Of a stretch of DNA of 64,000 nucleotides, positions 63,761 to 64,000 are shown one piece after another. Origin of the DNA: Mytilus edulis (taxonomy: Eukaryota); NCBI RefSeq assembly GCF_963676685.1, contig NC_092345.1, positions 57,536,001 to 57,600,000 of the forward strand. Direction: 5' to 3'. The notes beneath the pieces are model-generated. The model was not told where the DNA came from, did no database searches, and saw nothing but the letters and a program-made list of their open reading frames with translations. The position numbers and the translations under genes were made by a program. Within the stretch, counting starts at the first letter, position 1. Every line of letters starts with the position of its first letter.

Positions 63761-64000
63761 GATAGCATTTTTAGTTTAGATATATTGGTTATATATAGTG
63801 CATCATAAGTCTATTTGCCTGTCTGAATCATTACGTGAATTCTCAATGTAGATCATAAAGTATATATTCAGGTTGCATTCAATAAACTTTTTATTCATTC
63901 ATTCATGCATTTATATATGCACGTGGTATCCTTTGGCGATAGAAAGGGTTGGGCTCCGTTATATCATAAAAAGAATATCAAGCATATGAATCATATCGAT

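Overview
AT-rich, intron-rich animal genomic DNA. The repeat families and gene content suggest a bivalve mollusc, probably a mytilid mussel (inference). Three genes are supported. (1) A 24-coding-exon THSD7A/B-like type I membrane protein on + (2208-44216, about 1948 aa, all GT-AG junctions phase-consistent) with an unusually long cytoplasmic tail of about 450 aa. (2) A convergent two-exon gene on - (48400-46620, 158 aa) for a small secreted protein with two 4-Cys modules and Thr-rich linkers; its first exon is missing from the ORF track. (3) An intronless Cys-loop (nAChR-like) subunit on - (61664-62845) that has lost most acetylcholine-site residues. Introns and intergenic DNA hold many non-autonomous transposons: hAT-, piggyBac-, Kolobok- and Tc1/mariner-type MITEs, a 9-bp-TSD element, Helentron-like elements, long-hairpin elements and minisatellites. 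At about 56.9-59.15 kb there is a nested Penelope-like retroelement cluster: a decayed RT, a 261-bp non-coding insert carrying a type I hammerhead ribozyme and a second pseudoknot-like fold, and a younger 5'-truncated RT copy. No rRNA, tRNA or CRISPR array was recognised. All calls were made by eye without database searches.
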